Source: Camelus ferus (Eukaryota). From it: a stretch of 64,000 nucleotides of DNA. How positions within the stretch are numbered: position 1 is the first letter of the stretch; each line of letters starts with the position of its first letter. A program made the translations under genes and the position numbers. This document shows positions 29,421 through 41,815 of the stretch, one piece after another. Location: positions 3,660,001 through 3,724,000 of the forward strand of contig NC_045696.1 of NCBI RefSeq assembly GCF_009834535.1, read 5' to 3'. The notes under the pieces are model-generated. The model had not been told where the DNA came from and did no database searches. It worked only from the letters and a program-made list of their open reading frames with translations.

Positions 29421-30473
29421 ATCCAGTTCCTTCTGACGACGTTGGTGTAGCTGGAGCACGCCAAGCTGACATTCCTAGGACTAACGGCATCACGGCGGGA
29501 GTCGTCAGAATGTTCCCAAAATAACTGGAATCTGAATGGGGCACCAAACAGTACAGAGTTTTTTTTTTTTAAACCAGAGATTTTTTTCCTTTTTAATTGA
29601 AAAAGCAACAACCCAAAATCAAATGAATTGACTAGCTCCCAACCGTCTGTCACTCGTGGCTCCCACTCTGGTTGTAACTGCCTCCCACCCACACCTGCCT
29701 TCAAGTGGAGTCAAAGCCTAAATATTTTAACTGATTATTCACCAGCCACAGTCAGACTTCTGACTCTCCAGGGCTTACCGTCACCTCCAGGCTGCCGTGC
29801 AAATCACTGTGAGAACTTCTACTTGGTAAGCAGCTCATCCCTGGCTGCGGTGACTCACAGCTGAGCAGAACCATCTTTTTCCTGAATTTGGGACCCATTT
29901 AAGTTTTATAGCCCTGAGCTGTAATCTGGCACTATGATTTCAAGCCAAGAGCAGAAACATGGCTAGACTCCCCCAGACATGATTTATTCTATTGTTAATG
30001 AGGCAAGTAGAAGAGATTTCATAACGTAATTGTTTCTGTCCAAAAACATCTTGTGCCGATAATAAAGGGCACCCCCTCCCGTCCCGTCTGTGGTGAGACC
30101 AAGGGGAACCGATTACAGCCGTCTGTCTAAGCAGCTGCTCGCATCTCAAGCCCGTGAGTGAACTCCCTGGCCTGCCCTAGTCTCTCAGCCTCTTCTCTTG
30201 ATGTTTTCTCCTCTCAGACCTTCCCTTGAACCTTCAAGCGTTCCCAGTATTGACTGTAAGCCCGAAAGTGTTCTTTTGCATATTCTAGTTAAGGGTCTTC
30301 CCAACGAGGGCGGTGTGTGTGATTGAAAGCCTAGTGACGAGCAGCTCCAGTCACTTACGTTAAACACAGGTACACAGAGAGTGTCTAGAATTTATTGACT
30401 GTTGTTCTGTCTTTGGTGATAGAGTTCGCAGAACATCCCTGAGATGATAACCTTTTAAAAATTCTCACTTTCC

Positions 30474-30780
30474 CAGACTCACAGACATAGAAAATAAACT
30501 TGTGATCACCAGGGGGTAAGGGGGTGGGGAGGGATAAATTGGTGGGAGTTGGGGGTTTGCAGATACTAACTTCTACTATGTATAAAATAGATAAACAAGT
30601 TTCTACTGTACAACACAGGGAACTAAATTCAATATCTTGTAACAGCCTATAATGAAAAATAATATGAAAAGAAATATATATATATAACTGAATCACTATG
30701 CTGTACACCAGAAATTAACACCGCATCATAAGCCAACTATACTTCAATAAAAAATTTTTTTCATAAAAATAAAATAAAAT
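30474..30780 (+). mobile_element. L1 3'-end insertion with 17-bp TSD (one mismatch)
   Basis: cagactcacagacatagaaaat, G-rich tract, actatacttcaataaa, A tail; TSD aaaaat(t/c)ctcactttcc at 30457-30473 and 30781-30797. Confidence 0.88.
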
Positions 30781-31818
30781 AAAAATCCTCACTTTCCTGA
30801 GAGTAGTGAAGCAATGATGTGTCTGAACCACTTTCCGACGACAGTAAAGAAGGAAAACTGAACACACTGACCGTCGTGGGGGCGTGAGTCTACACACAGC
30901 TAATAAAGGGAGAACCCGCGCTGACCTGGATAGGGTCCCGCACAAAGAACATGGCTCAGAAACAGACTCCTTCCACCCTTCTTAATAAAAACCAGCACGA
31001 CCGAGCTAAGCGGGAAGCCGTCCCTCCCACAAGGGTCCGACTGTTCACCTGCACGCACAGCGCGCGCCTTTTCGTGCAGCTGGACACCGCTTCCCGTTCT
31101 TGTACAGAAGCAGCTCATTCCTGTGTGTTTCTGTGGTTTTAGTTCCTATCCAAACATGGTTCTCCATATAAACGTTGAATTTGATTGCTTTGAGGATCAG
31201 TTTTTCCGTGTTCTCCAGGGAGTTTAACATTTTAATCTAGCCACTATCCAAAGCACGGTGGTTACATCAACTCTGGATGAATTTACAAACCATAAACAGT
31301 AAACTGGCCTTGCGCACATCCAGGGCTGGGGTCGCCTTGATTGGCTGGACACCTCCAGCCGCGGTGTGTTACCTTCCTGGGGTCAGCTCACTTAACTAAC
31401 GAGCTGCATACGCTGACTCATCAGGTGCCTAGCCGCCTACCCTTCCTGATCTTGTTCTTTGAAAGAGCGTGTGCTGGCAGTGAGAACTTCAGCTCATCAC
31501 AGTCCCATCGTGACCAGATGGGGAACGAAGCTTTCAGCACTCGTAGCTCAGATCACACTGCAATGCATGTACAGTCTGTTTTTCTTCCTTTTAAAATGGA
31601 TGCACATAGAATCCTCCCCTAGACAAAGGCTGTAAAACATTGCTTACATTAGTCATCCGTCTTTCATTTTTAGAATGCCTTGCAAAAAGTAATGTTACCC
31701 CTGTCACATGACCCAGCTGAAGGAGCTCTTTTTATAACCTCCAAAGACTTGCCTTTGAGGTGGAAACGGAGTGGCGTAGCAGACACCCACTCAGCGGGCA
31801 CTCAGGACACACTCTTGG

Positions 31819-31838
31819 GAACATGTTCCGGCTTGTCC
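31819..31838. promoter_or_regulatory. Candidate p53/p63 response element GAACATGTTC-CGGCTTGTCC
   Basis: Two adjacent RRRCWWGYYY half-sites, no spacer, 19/20 match. Confidence 0.55.
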
Positions 31839-34800
31839 TTCTTGTCCAAGAATGTTTTCCAAAAATACAAGGTTTTGATCTGGTGAAACAATAGGTTCCA
31901 GAAGACAGTAAGTCAATTGCTATTTTTTTGGAAGCAGATGAAATATTCTTGCCAAATATTTTTTCTGTGGTCGGATATAATTAGGACGTTAAAAGTAGGA
32001 AGTTTCGAAGGTTTTTGACTCATAGTAATAGGCTTGAAGGTGGCACTTCCTTTTGAATCTGAAGTCAAGGGATGACTGTGTAATGGGACGTATGACTCTT
32101 CTGGACAGATTGGCAGACAAGTCCTCAGCTGCTCATTGCAATTTAGCAGCTTTAATAACTTCTTTTAGGGTTTCACTGAATTGACAAGACTGTGACATCC
32201 ACCTCCTTGTGCCGTTACTGTACAGTGAAGACTCAGACCGTGGGCATTAATGCTGACGTCAGGTGGGTCTGGGACCCCGGCAAATGCCCTTGTGGGCAAA
32301 ATCCACAGCCTGGCCTTCCTCCCAGCTGCACCCGTGAAAAACCACTGTGAGCAATTCTCTAGAAGCACTTTTTTTGAGTTAATTATATTTAGATTTGACT
32401 TTTTTTAGGAAAGATTTAGAAATGCATTACTAACCGTTAAGACGAGAAAAAATGGAAGGTCAGAAATCAGAGGTTTTAGAAAGGTTTAGGATTTTTTTAA
32501 AGAGAATGGCATCTTTTTCTATGGTTATTGTTTGTCACTCATTGAAAAGGATTTTTTTTCTTTTTTCTTTAGCAATCTATTGCATTTGCTTTTGGAAGTC
32601 ATGTAGTCAATAGCTTCATCCTAGCTTAAAAATTCCTTGACATCTTTACGTTATTGAAGATCTTTTTCTAGATAGGAGGCTAAGGAAAGACATTTTACCA
32701 GAAATCTAAGGTGTTAGAGGCATTTGTCTTGTGTCTCATCACAACTTCGGGTGACCTATGAGTGACACCAACTCTCGTGTTGACACATTTGGAACAGTCT
32801 CAGATTATGTAAGGAATCAGGGTGACATTGGCCTCTCTGGGTCCAATAGCAGGAAAAGAATTTAACACTTTCCTTCGAAAGTATTAACCCTTAGGAACGT
32901 TCCTGATTTTGTACTGATCGGGGGCAGCTTGAGGTCCTTACAAACTGCTTGGGTCCCGGATATCTTGAATACTGAATTAGAACGGGCCAGATCATCCTTG
33001 ACTTCATCATTTCCACGCGGGAATTGTGCGGGAACAGCACATTTCAGTCAGGCCGTATGTGACTGCGCTCTCGTGACCTACAACAAAGTCTGCCGCTGGC
33101 CTAGCTCAGCTTTCAAAACGTAAGGCCCTACTATACTTCAATAAAAAAATAAAAAGAAATTTAAGGCCCTGTTCATGGGAAACTTCTCGTAGGAAATAAT
33201 GAAAGAAGAAAACATTTTTTTCTTTTCAGTCCCACCCATATTCACATATACAATTCATGTTCAAGATTTTCAGTTACTATTTTAGAGCGGGTTTTTATTT
33301 TTAATTATCATTAGCATGTCTTTGCAAATGAGTATTTAACCGTACGTTAGTGCACATGGGTGGAAATGTCTCCTAAAGTACTTCCATGTGCTGATCACGA
33401 TTACAATCCATATTAGAAATGTTTGCACTGCAATTTCCTTTTAAGTATTTCTGTCTGTGCTCAACTCTACTTCCTGCGCAGACTTGACTGGTATTTGCTT
33501 TTAGCTGCTATAGATTTTTCAGGAAAAAATACGAATTATATTATAAAAGAATATTTTAATAAACCATACTTTACTAACGAGTTTATGTTTAATTTTGGAG
33601 TATGTATTTGTTACTGTTCCAGCAAATACTTCGCTGGTAAGAGAACTCCGCGGGGCTGGGCCAGAAGGTGCGGTGAGTCGGAGCAGCGCCGTGTGCTTTT
33701 CCTGGAGGCACAGGTCACTTGATGGATATTTTCAGACTTACATCCAAAATGACATGTCACTTTGTAGCCATGTAATGTCTATTCTGAAAGGGGTACGAAT
33801 AACTCAAGTTTTATAATTTCCTTAATTAGAGTCTTCCAAAGCTGAGCAAAGAAAAACCGAATTCATTTTTTGAAAAGACCAAATTGACTCTTCATTTGCT
33901 GAGTGTCTTCATGATGAGGTTTTTAATGGTGGTTTTCATTTGTTGGCCACTGGCCCATGGTTTAATGCCAGGTAGTTTAGCACAGAGAAATGGATGGTTT
34001 CCATAGTAACTACCATTTCTCTCTCTCAACTTTTACCCCATCTGCAGTTTCTTGCAACGTGGGACAGTCCATTCTCCCTGTACCTCTGAGCTGGCGGAGA
34101 GAACCCCTGCCAGCTGTATGACCCATCCTGTACCTTGTCAAGCAAGGAAAGGAGGACGCCAGCACGAGGGACCACAGCACTCATCCCAGAACATTGTTGA
34201 TGAGACCATCCTGGAAGCGTGGGCCCGCTGGAGGCTGCAGGTTAAAATATTCTTTTTTTTTTTTTTTAACATTTTTATTGATTTATAATCATTTTACAGT
34301 GTTGTGTCAAATTCCAGTGTTCAGCACAATTTTTCAGTCATTCATGGACCTATACACACTCATTGTCATATTTTTTTCTCTGTGAGTTATCATAACATTT
34401 TGTGTATATTTCCCTGTGATATACAGTGTAATCTTGTTTATCTATTCTACAATTTTGAAATCCTAGTCTATCCCTTCCCACCCTCCACCCCCCGGGAACC
34501 ACAAGTCTGTATTCTCTGTCTGTGAGCGCTGACCAGGGCGGAGCGCGCAGCCGCACAGAGCAGCGGAGCTACCGGCGGCGCAGGTAGAGGGAGAGCGGCC
34601 CCCCGCCTTTCGGGCAGGAACACAGCCCCTGACCGAGGTGCTGGGAGGGGGCACGACCCGCCCTCCTACCCGGCCAGTCTGCAACATCTGACTGCGGCAT
34701 CCGGAGGGGCAGCGACCCGCCCGCCCACAGCAGAGGAGAGCTGCACCTGACCCAGTGTTAGGAGGAGGCGCGATCTGCTTGCCGACAGGTGCTGGGAGCA

Positions 34801-35321
34801 GCACAGAGGAGGGCGCCAACGGAGGGCCTCTGAAAACAGCAAGCTGAGCTTCCAAAACAGGACGAAGACAGAAAGACTTCACATTAAAAGCACACAGACT
34901 CCAGGAGAACACCGACAACCCCCCCCCTTTTTTTTTAAATCTGTTTTTACCTGTTCTATTCTCTATTACTCTCTTAATTTTTACTTCTTAATTCATTTCT
35001 ATTTCTCTTGGGTTTTGATGCCCTGTTATTGATTAGACACAGGTTTCAAATACATCTATTCATCTCCCCCCCTTTTTTTTTTAAAAGGTTTTAAAAGGAC
35101 GTCTCAACCCGATTAATACTCTGCTTCAACTCGCTCTTCTATTATTCATTATACACTGTTTTCAAACCCTCTTTCTCCCTTCTTTTAAAATTCTTTCTCT
35201 CTCTCTCTTATTTTTTTTCTTTTCTTCCTAAGTTCTATTCCTAAATAGGCATCAGATAGATAAAATCCTTAAGGACCAAAATAAACAACTGATACTCCAT
35301 AAACCACAGTGCCAGAGAGGT

Positions 35322-36225
35322 ATGAGCAAGATGAAGCAGCAGAAAAACCTTTCCCAATTAAAAGAACAAGAGAAATCCCCTGAAAGAAAGATCAACGAAA
35401 TAGACATCGATAGCCTACTAGATCAAGATTTCAAAAAAGGAGTGATCGAATTGCTGAAGGAATTAAAAGAGATAGTGTTTAGAGATATAAAATATGTCAA
35501 AAATGAAATTGAAGCTATAAAGAAGAGCCAAGTAGAATGGGTAAACTCATTGACAGAGATGAGGAATGATCTAATAGCTGTGCAAAGTCGACTAGATAAT
35601 GCAGAGGAACGAATTAGTGATCTAGAAGACAGGGCAATAGAAAGCACCCATTCAGAAGAACTACAAGAGAAGCAAATAAAAAATAATGAAAATAGCATAA
35701 GGGACCTATGGGATAATATAAAGCGTCCCAATCTTCACATAATAGGGGTCCCAGAAGGGGAAGAAAGATCAAAGGGGATTGAAAAGGTTTTTGAAGAAAT
35801 CATGACTGAAAACGTCCCAAACTTAAAGAAGGAATCAGCTATCCAAGTACAGGAAGCTCAGAGGGTCCCAAACAGGAAGAACCCAAATAGACCCACATCA
35901 AGACATATCATAATCAGGATGGCCAGAGTCAAGGATAAAGAAATGATTCTAAAGGCAGCAAGAGAAAAGCAAAGAGTAAGTTACAAGGGAACCCCCATAA
36001 GGCTCTCAGCTGATTTCTCTACACAAACTCTACAGGCCAGAAGGGAGTGGCTACATATATTCAAAGCCCTGAATGAAAAAAAGATGCAGCCTAGGATACT
36101 TTATCCAGCAAGGCTATCCTTTAGGATAGAAGGAGAAATAAAGAGTTTCACAGACAAAAAAAAAGCTGCAGGAGTTTAGCAACACTAAACCCATGCTAAA
36201 AGAAATATTGAAAGGGCTATTCTAA
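35322..36225 (+). pseudogene. L1 ORF1p with a +1 frameshift in the A9 run at 36156-36164
   Basis: Coiled coil, IKRPNLHIIGVPEGEE, IRLSADFS, ARREW and YPARLSF motifs; removing one A restores KLQEFSNTKPMLKEILKGLF*. Confidence 0.9.
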
Positions 36226-36629
36226 ATAGAAAAGCAGCAGGATGCTACAGAAATGAGAAACACACAACTGGAAAGGTGATAACTCATGAATTACAAATCA
36301 AGTAAACACGAAATTATAAAAGAAGACATACAAATCACTGAGAGTGGGAGAGGGAGGCAGGGAAATATAGAATATTTTTTTCTTTCTTTTTAAAATTTTT
36401 TTAACAGTAGGATGGGTTTGAGATCATGTTACTATCAGTTTAATAAAAACAGTTATAGTAATGGGTTAATAGATTTACAAAAAAGGGTAACCACAAGCCA
36501 AAAATTTACAAGGGAGTCACAAAAATTAAATAAAATCCAAGATAATACAAAGGAAAATTACCAAACCACAAAAGGAAGAAGAAAGGAACAAAGAGGATAT
36601 ACCAATTCAACTGCAAAGATAAGTTCAAA

Positions 36630-37210
36630 ATGGCAATAAACACACATCTATCATTAATTACTGTAAATGTTAATGGACTAAATGCTCCAGTCAAAAGACA
36701 TAGAGTGGCAGACTGGATAATAAAGCAAGAACCTTCAATATGCTGCATACAAGAGACCCACTTTAGGGAGAAGGACACATATAGATTGAGAGTGAAAGGA
36801 TGGAAAAGGATATTCCATGCAAATGGAAAAGCCAAAAAACCAGGTGTTGCAATACTGATTTCAGACAAAATAGACTTTAAAACAAAGGCCAAAAGAAAGA
36901 TAAAGAAGGACATTTTATAATGATTAAAGGAGTGATACAAGATGAGGATATTACACTCGTTAATATATACGCACCCAATATAGGAGCACCTAAATACATA
37001 AAACAATTACTAACAGGGATAAAGGGGGATATTGATGGGAATACAATCATAGTTGGAGATTTTAACACCACATTAACATCACTAGACAGATCTTCCAGAC
37101 AGAAAATAAACAAGGCAACAGAGAAATTAAATACTACAATAGAAAAACTAGATTTGGTGGATATTTTCAGAGCATTACACCCCCCAAAATAGGATATACA
37201 TTCTTTTCAA
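36630..37210 (+). pseudogene. L1 ORF2p N-terminal APE-like endonuclease fragment, frameshifted (~36891, ~37189) and truncated
   Basis: TVNVNGLN, CIQETH, NIYAPN and IIVGDFN motifs. Confidence 0.9.
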
Positions 37211-38113
37211 AATATTCTGAACCACTGCTTTAAAACATGCCACAGAGCCCTGTGAGTAGTTGGGGTTTGCTGGAATCAGAACGTGTATGTGTTCAAGACC
37301 ATGGACATCACTTTAAAAATCTTTGATACTAAATTATATGTAAGTAACGCAAATATCACGGTTCCTTTGCGAAGCCTTTTGTTTTGCAAATTGAAGAGTT
37401 AAAGCCTTGGCTCAGAGAAGCCGGATCGTTTCACTGTTTCTACTGATTCCTTCCCCGTTAGCTCAGCGAGCTGTCGGTGGTGCACTGCGGCGTGTGTAAG
37501 GGTCGCAGCTCTGAGACAAAAGGACCTGGAATTGTGGTTTCTAAGATGACAGGACAGGACCGAGGAGAAGACAGTTGGGCAAGAGTCACGAGGCTGGTTG
37601 TGCTCAGGGAACACGGGTGACAAGCCGGAAGGCACACCCGTGGTACGTGCCGTGACCATAACTGTAACTGCAAGGGGAGTCTTCTTAATAGCCTGAAGCA
37701 ATGGGTAGTTTGTGATGTACTGAATCCAAAAGAATCTCCACGGGGAGCTTTGAGAGCCCTTTGGCTTTCAAGCCTTTCATGGCAGGGACCTCTCCTTGAA
37801 CGCTAACCCTGGGGTGTGCCAGGCTCTTAGGGAACTGGCAGCCCAGTCGCTGCCGCCTCCCCCGGGCGCCGGGGCGGCGGCGTTTACCGAACTAGGACGC
37901 GCTCGGCTCCCCTCCCTCGTGCGCACCTCTGTCCTTTCTGCACACTGTCGAGTTGTACGTGGACACACGCCAGTGACGGAAACAAACGATCTCCCCAGAA
38001 AGTGAAAGGATCTAAAATTGACCCAAAAATGTGGGAAAATGGGAGGCTTTAAAAAAAAATCATTCATGTATTTTAAATGTGTAGTTAATTTAAATGTTTT
38101 TGAAGTATTTTTA

Positions 38114-38230
38114 ATTTTTTTTTATTTTGGAGGGAGGTAATCAGGTGTACTTATGTTTTTTGATGGAGGTGCTGGGGACTGAACCCAGGACCTCGTGCAG
38201 GCTGAGCACACGCTCTACCCTCCCCACTGA
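38114..38230 (-). mobile_element. tRNA-Ala-derived SINE
   Basis: ggaggtgctggggactgaacccaggacctcgtgc...ctctacc with poly-T tail. Confidence 0.75.
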
Positions 38231-38479
38231 AATGTTAACATGAGTTTACTTTAGTGTTAATTAAAATTATTAAAATTTAATTAAATTAATATACAAGACG
38301 AACTTACCACTATTGGGTCATAAATTGTAACAAAGCACCACAGTAATACTGATGTTGATAAGAGGGGAGACAGTGGTGGTGCAGGGGCGGAGGTGGGTGA
38401 GAATTCTGCACCATCTGTAATGTTTCCGCAGACCCAAAACTACTCTAAACACCCAAGTCTATTAATTTTGTTAAGACAT

Positions 38480-38885
38480 ACATATGTGTGTACATATAAA
38501 ATAATGCATGTATGTCTATATGCGTACACGTGTATGTATGTACATATGGATGGGTGTGTGCATGTGTGTATGTATGTGTATGGCTGTGTGCATGTGTGTT
38601 ATGTGTATGTGTGCGTGTGTGTATGTGTATATGTGTATGTGTATTGTGTGTGCATGTGTGTATGTGTAGTTGTGTATGTGTGCACATGTGTATGTGTGTA
38701 TGTATGGGTGTATTGTGCATGTGTGTGTGTATGTGTGTATGTGTATATGTGTGTGTGTATATGGGTGTGTGTGCATGTGTATGTGTATGTGCGTATGTAT
38801 GGGTGTATGGGTGCATGCGTGTGTGTGCATGTGTGTATACGTGTGTATATGTATGCATGTGTATGTGTGTGTGTGTGAGTGTGTG
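38480..38885 (+). repeat. Long degenerate (TG/TATG/CATG)n microsatellite
   Basis: About 400 bp of alternating purine-pyrimidine sequence. Confidence 0.95.
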
Positions 38886-39341
38886 GCATTAGTGGGAGAT
38901 CGAAGTGGCGGAGCTTCTCTGGAGAACTGTTTGTCAGCATCTTTTAAAGTTAAACATCCGTCTCCCCTACAGTTCAGCAATTCCACTCCTAGATATTGAC
39001 CCAAGAGAAATAAAATCATACTGCGGGGGGGGTGTCAATGTGGGTGCCCGCACCAGGCCGGGAGATGAGGGGTGAGAAGACAAGGGGGTTTATTGCCTTG
39101 TCCCCTGGTTTTCGTTCTCTTACTAATTCTCACTTTATCCACATGGCCCATGCCGTAACCCAGTCCCGGGAGTCTCCCTGCGCTCTGACGTGCATAGTCC
39201 CCCACCTTCCCGTCCCTCCACCCTCTCTCTCTGCCCTGTCTGGAATTGCTGTGAGCTGGACGCTGGACCTCTTCTGCTGATCTGCTCCACTTTTCCCTTC
39301 CATGTCTTCTCTCTTTGCCTTTTGTTGAAATGTCTAGAAGC

Positions 39342-39485
39342 GGGGGAGGGTTTAGCTCAAGTGGTAGAGCGCATACTTAGCGTGCACGAGGTCCTGGGTT
39401 CAACCCCCAGCCCCTCCTTTAAAAATAAATAAATGAATAAACTTAATTACCCCCCACGGTCCCCCCAAAATAAAATAAAATAGAC
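39342..39485 (+). mobile_element. tRNA-Ala-derived SINE
   Basis: ggggagggtttagctcaagtggtagagcgc...gggttcaacccc, then (aaat)n, ttacccccc and A tail. Confidence 0.85.
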
Positions 39486-40009
39486 AGAAACCAAGAATAA
39501 ATTCTGAAGCAGAGAAGTACAATCAATAAAAAAATTTTAAAAAAAGAACTTTCTGGAAGATTTCCTTGGTTTAAAAATTTTTTAGTTCTATGATCATGTG
39601 TTAATGTCTAAGAGTTCTCTCTGGCTCTCTAACCACCTTCCTCCCCACCCCCACCGCCAGCCCTGTTCTAGCTTCACGGGTGCAGCATCCGGTTCCCCTG
39701 GGCTCACCTGCTGAGCCTGTGTTTAAGTCCACCATCACCCTCAGGTGTCTCTGAACTGCCTCTGTTTCTTCTGAGTCCCCCTTTTCTGATTGTTTTCTGC
39801 CTCTTGCGTTGGAGGCTTTCCTCAAATCTCTGCCAATCCTGAAGGTTCTTTGGGTGTAAATCTAGCCTCACCAGTCACTTCCCAGACGCCCAAATGCCGT
39901 GTGAGAATGTGGGGTCTTCTGTGTGGTGGGCAGTGAGTGTGGGGTACGTCTGCCTGACAGTGTCCTGGGGGCGCTGGTGCAGCTGAGTGGAGGGGACTCT
40001 GGTTCAGAT

Positions 40010-40012
40010 ACA

Positions 40013-40053
<41 letters not shown>
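40010..40053 (+). repeat. (CA)n microsatellite
   Basis: Direct reading. Confidence 0.95.
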
Positions 40054-40054
<1 letters not shown>

Positions 40055-41694
40055 ATAAAGAAAAGTGCTTTAGACCTTAGGAAGGAAGGCAGTTAAGGAT
40101 AAAGTTTTATAAAAATGCACTAATTTTTTATGTGTTCTGCAGTCACACCTGTGAACTATTCCTTCTTCCCAAGGATGGGTCTTGTATTTGAGCCATATTC
40201 TTTCACAATAAACATTGACTTCTCTCTCAGCAAATTAAAAATGGGCATTTCAATAATGTCTTGTTTGTTTAAGCTTTAAATTACAAATGAAATGAGTGGT
40301 CACAAAGCAGAGGTGGGTCTGAAAATAATGCAATGACATTCACTGAAGTCCCTTTCCTCTGAGTTCCCTCCAGCTCTACAGCCGCATGTGCCTCCCTGAG
40401 TCAGCACATGGGGACATCACATGACCGTTTTCTAGGCCAGGCAGGCGTGCCTTGACTCCTGTCACCTTCCAGAACTTCCAATCAGGAGTCAGAACCGGAG
40501 GCACTTACTGAAAGCGTGAAAACCCTGATTTCTGCAGGATGGTTGTTTGTTGCACATGTAACTTGGACCTGCCGCTGTTTCTCAGCTTTCAAGTGCTATG
40601 TTATTACAGAAGAGTGAGTATGTTTTGCTGATCTTTAGAATTAATAGTGAAAAATAAAAAATGATGATAATCTCATTACTCCTTATGGATAGCAGTAACT
40701 GACCAGGTGGGGAGGGTGCTGGCATTTTAAGAGACTGTAAGTAAACTTGGAAGAATCTATTTCACCTTTTATTTCTAGACTGGCCTGAAGGTTCATTCCA
40801 TTAAACACAATGCCTCTCATTTTGGTACAAATGGGAGTTTTGTGTTTATTTAAAAATAGTCGAGAGAAAGCAGAGGAGGAGAGACCTTTGCTGTTTGAAG
40901 GAACAGTCTCCCAAACATGCACTTAAGTTACAGTGAAGAACAGCCCGATTAGAGCGTGTTCACATTAGCCACTGTCATTAATTTTGCCGATAACTCTGTG
41001 CTATTATTCCCTTCCGAGTCCAGAGCTCCTTAACTTCCACCCTCTCACACCGAAAAGCTCCACTCTCCACAGCACAGGAAGCCACCGCATCTGAGCATCA
41101 CATTTGCTTTTTCCCTCAACACACCCCAGTCCCAGATCAACACCACCCCCAGCACGGTGACCGGAAAGGTCTCAGATTGTCTTTCTTTCTCATTGTTCTT
41201 TTTGTCCTCGCATGTTTTCCGCTAGGAGTGCCTTTCACATTTCCACATTTCCACATTTTAGAGTCACCAGGAATAACTCCCCTGTGGTTGGTCAGGCCTC
41301 CAAAAGGCTGCACATTTTGTTTGTCTAATTTTATTTTTGACATTTAGCTTTTTTTTTAAGCTAATTTGTTTCGTAAGTAAGTGAAATATTTGCACGGTTC
41401 CAAAGTGAAAACTTAACATAAGACACGTACGAAGATGCTGCGTTTCCATCCCAGGTCCTTGCATTCTCCCCACCTGCCTGTAGGTGCCCTTCAACAATAC
41501 TTATGCCTTATTCTCCACTGCTTATTTTTAAACTAGAAGTAGATAGATAGATAGATAACATGATAAGTTGATGGCAGTTGATAGGTGAATTATGATAGGT
41601 AGATAGCAGATAAATAGTTGAATGATGTTGATTGACAGGTGGATTGTGCTAGTTAAACAGGTAGATAGTTGATAAATTTTTTTAATTAAAAAAA

Positions 41695-41815
41695 TTTTTT
41701 TGAGGGAAGGTAATTAGGTTTTTATTTATATATTTATCTTTAACGGAGGTACTGGGGATCGACCCAGGACCTTGTACATGCTAGACACACACTCTACCAC
41801 TAAGCTGTACCCTCC
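41695..41815 (-). mobile_element. tRNA-Ala-derived SINE inside a degenerate (GATA)n tract
   Basis: ggtaattaggttt...ggaggtactggggatcgacccagg...ctctaccactaagctgtaccctcc. Confidence 0.8.

Larger units (their letters stand above)
34244..37218. mobile_element. Young 5'-inverted LINE-1: minus-strand 3' end with poly(A) (34254-34526) joined to plus-strand 5'UTR-ORF1-ORF2 endonuclease segment (34527-37210); TSD aaaatattct
   Basis: Poly-T and ttttattg at left; ORF1p and endonuclease translations; identical 10-bp flanks at 34244-34253 and 37209-37218. Confidence 0.9.

Noticed and set aside
38393..39019. Cys/Val- and His/Thr-rich ORFs
   Set aside because: Translations of the (TG)n-type microsatellite.
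39342..39418. tRNA-Ala(AGC)-like sequence with A and B boxes
   Set aside because: Has the SINE-specific 5' extension, 3' tail and stem mismatches, and several dispersed copies, some with TSDs, occur in the window; a SINE, not a tRNA gene.
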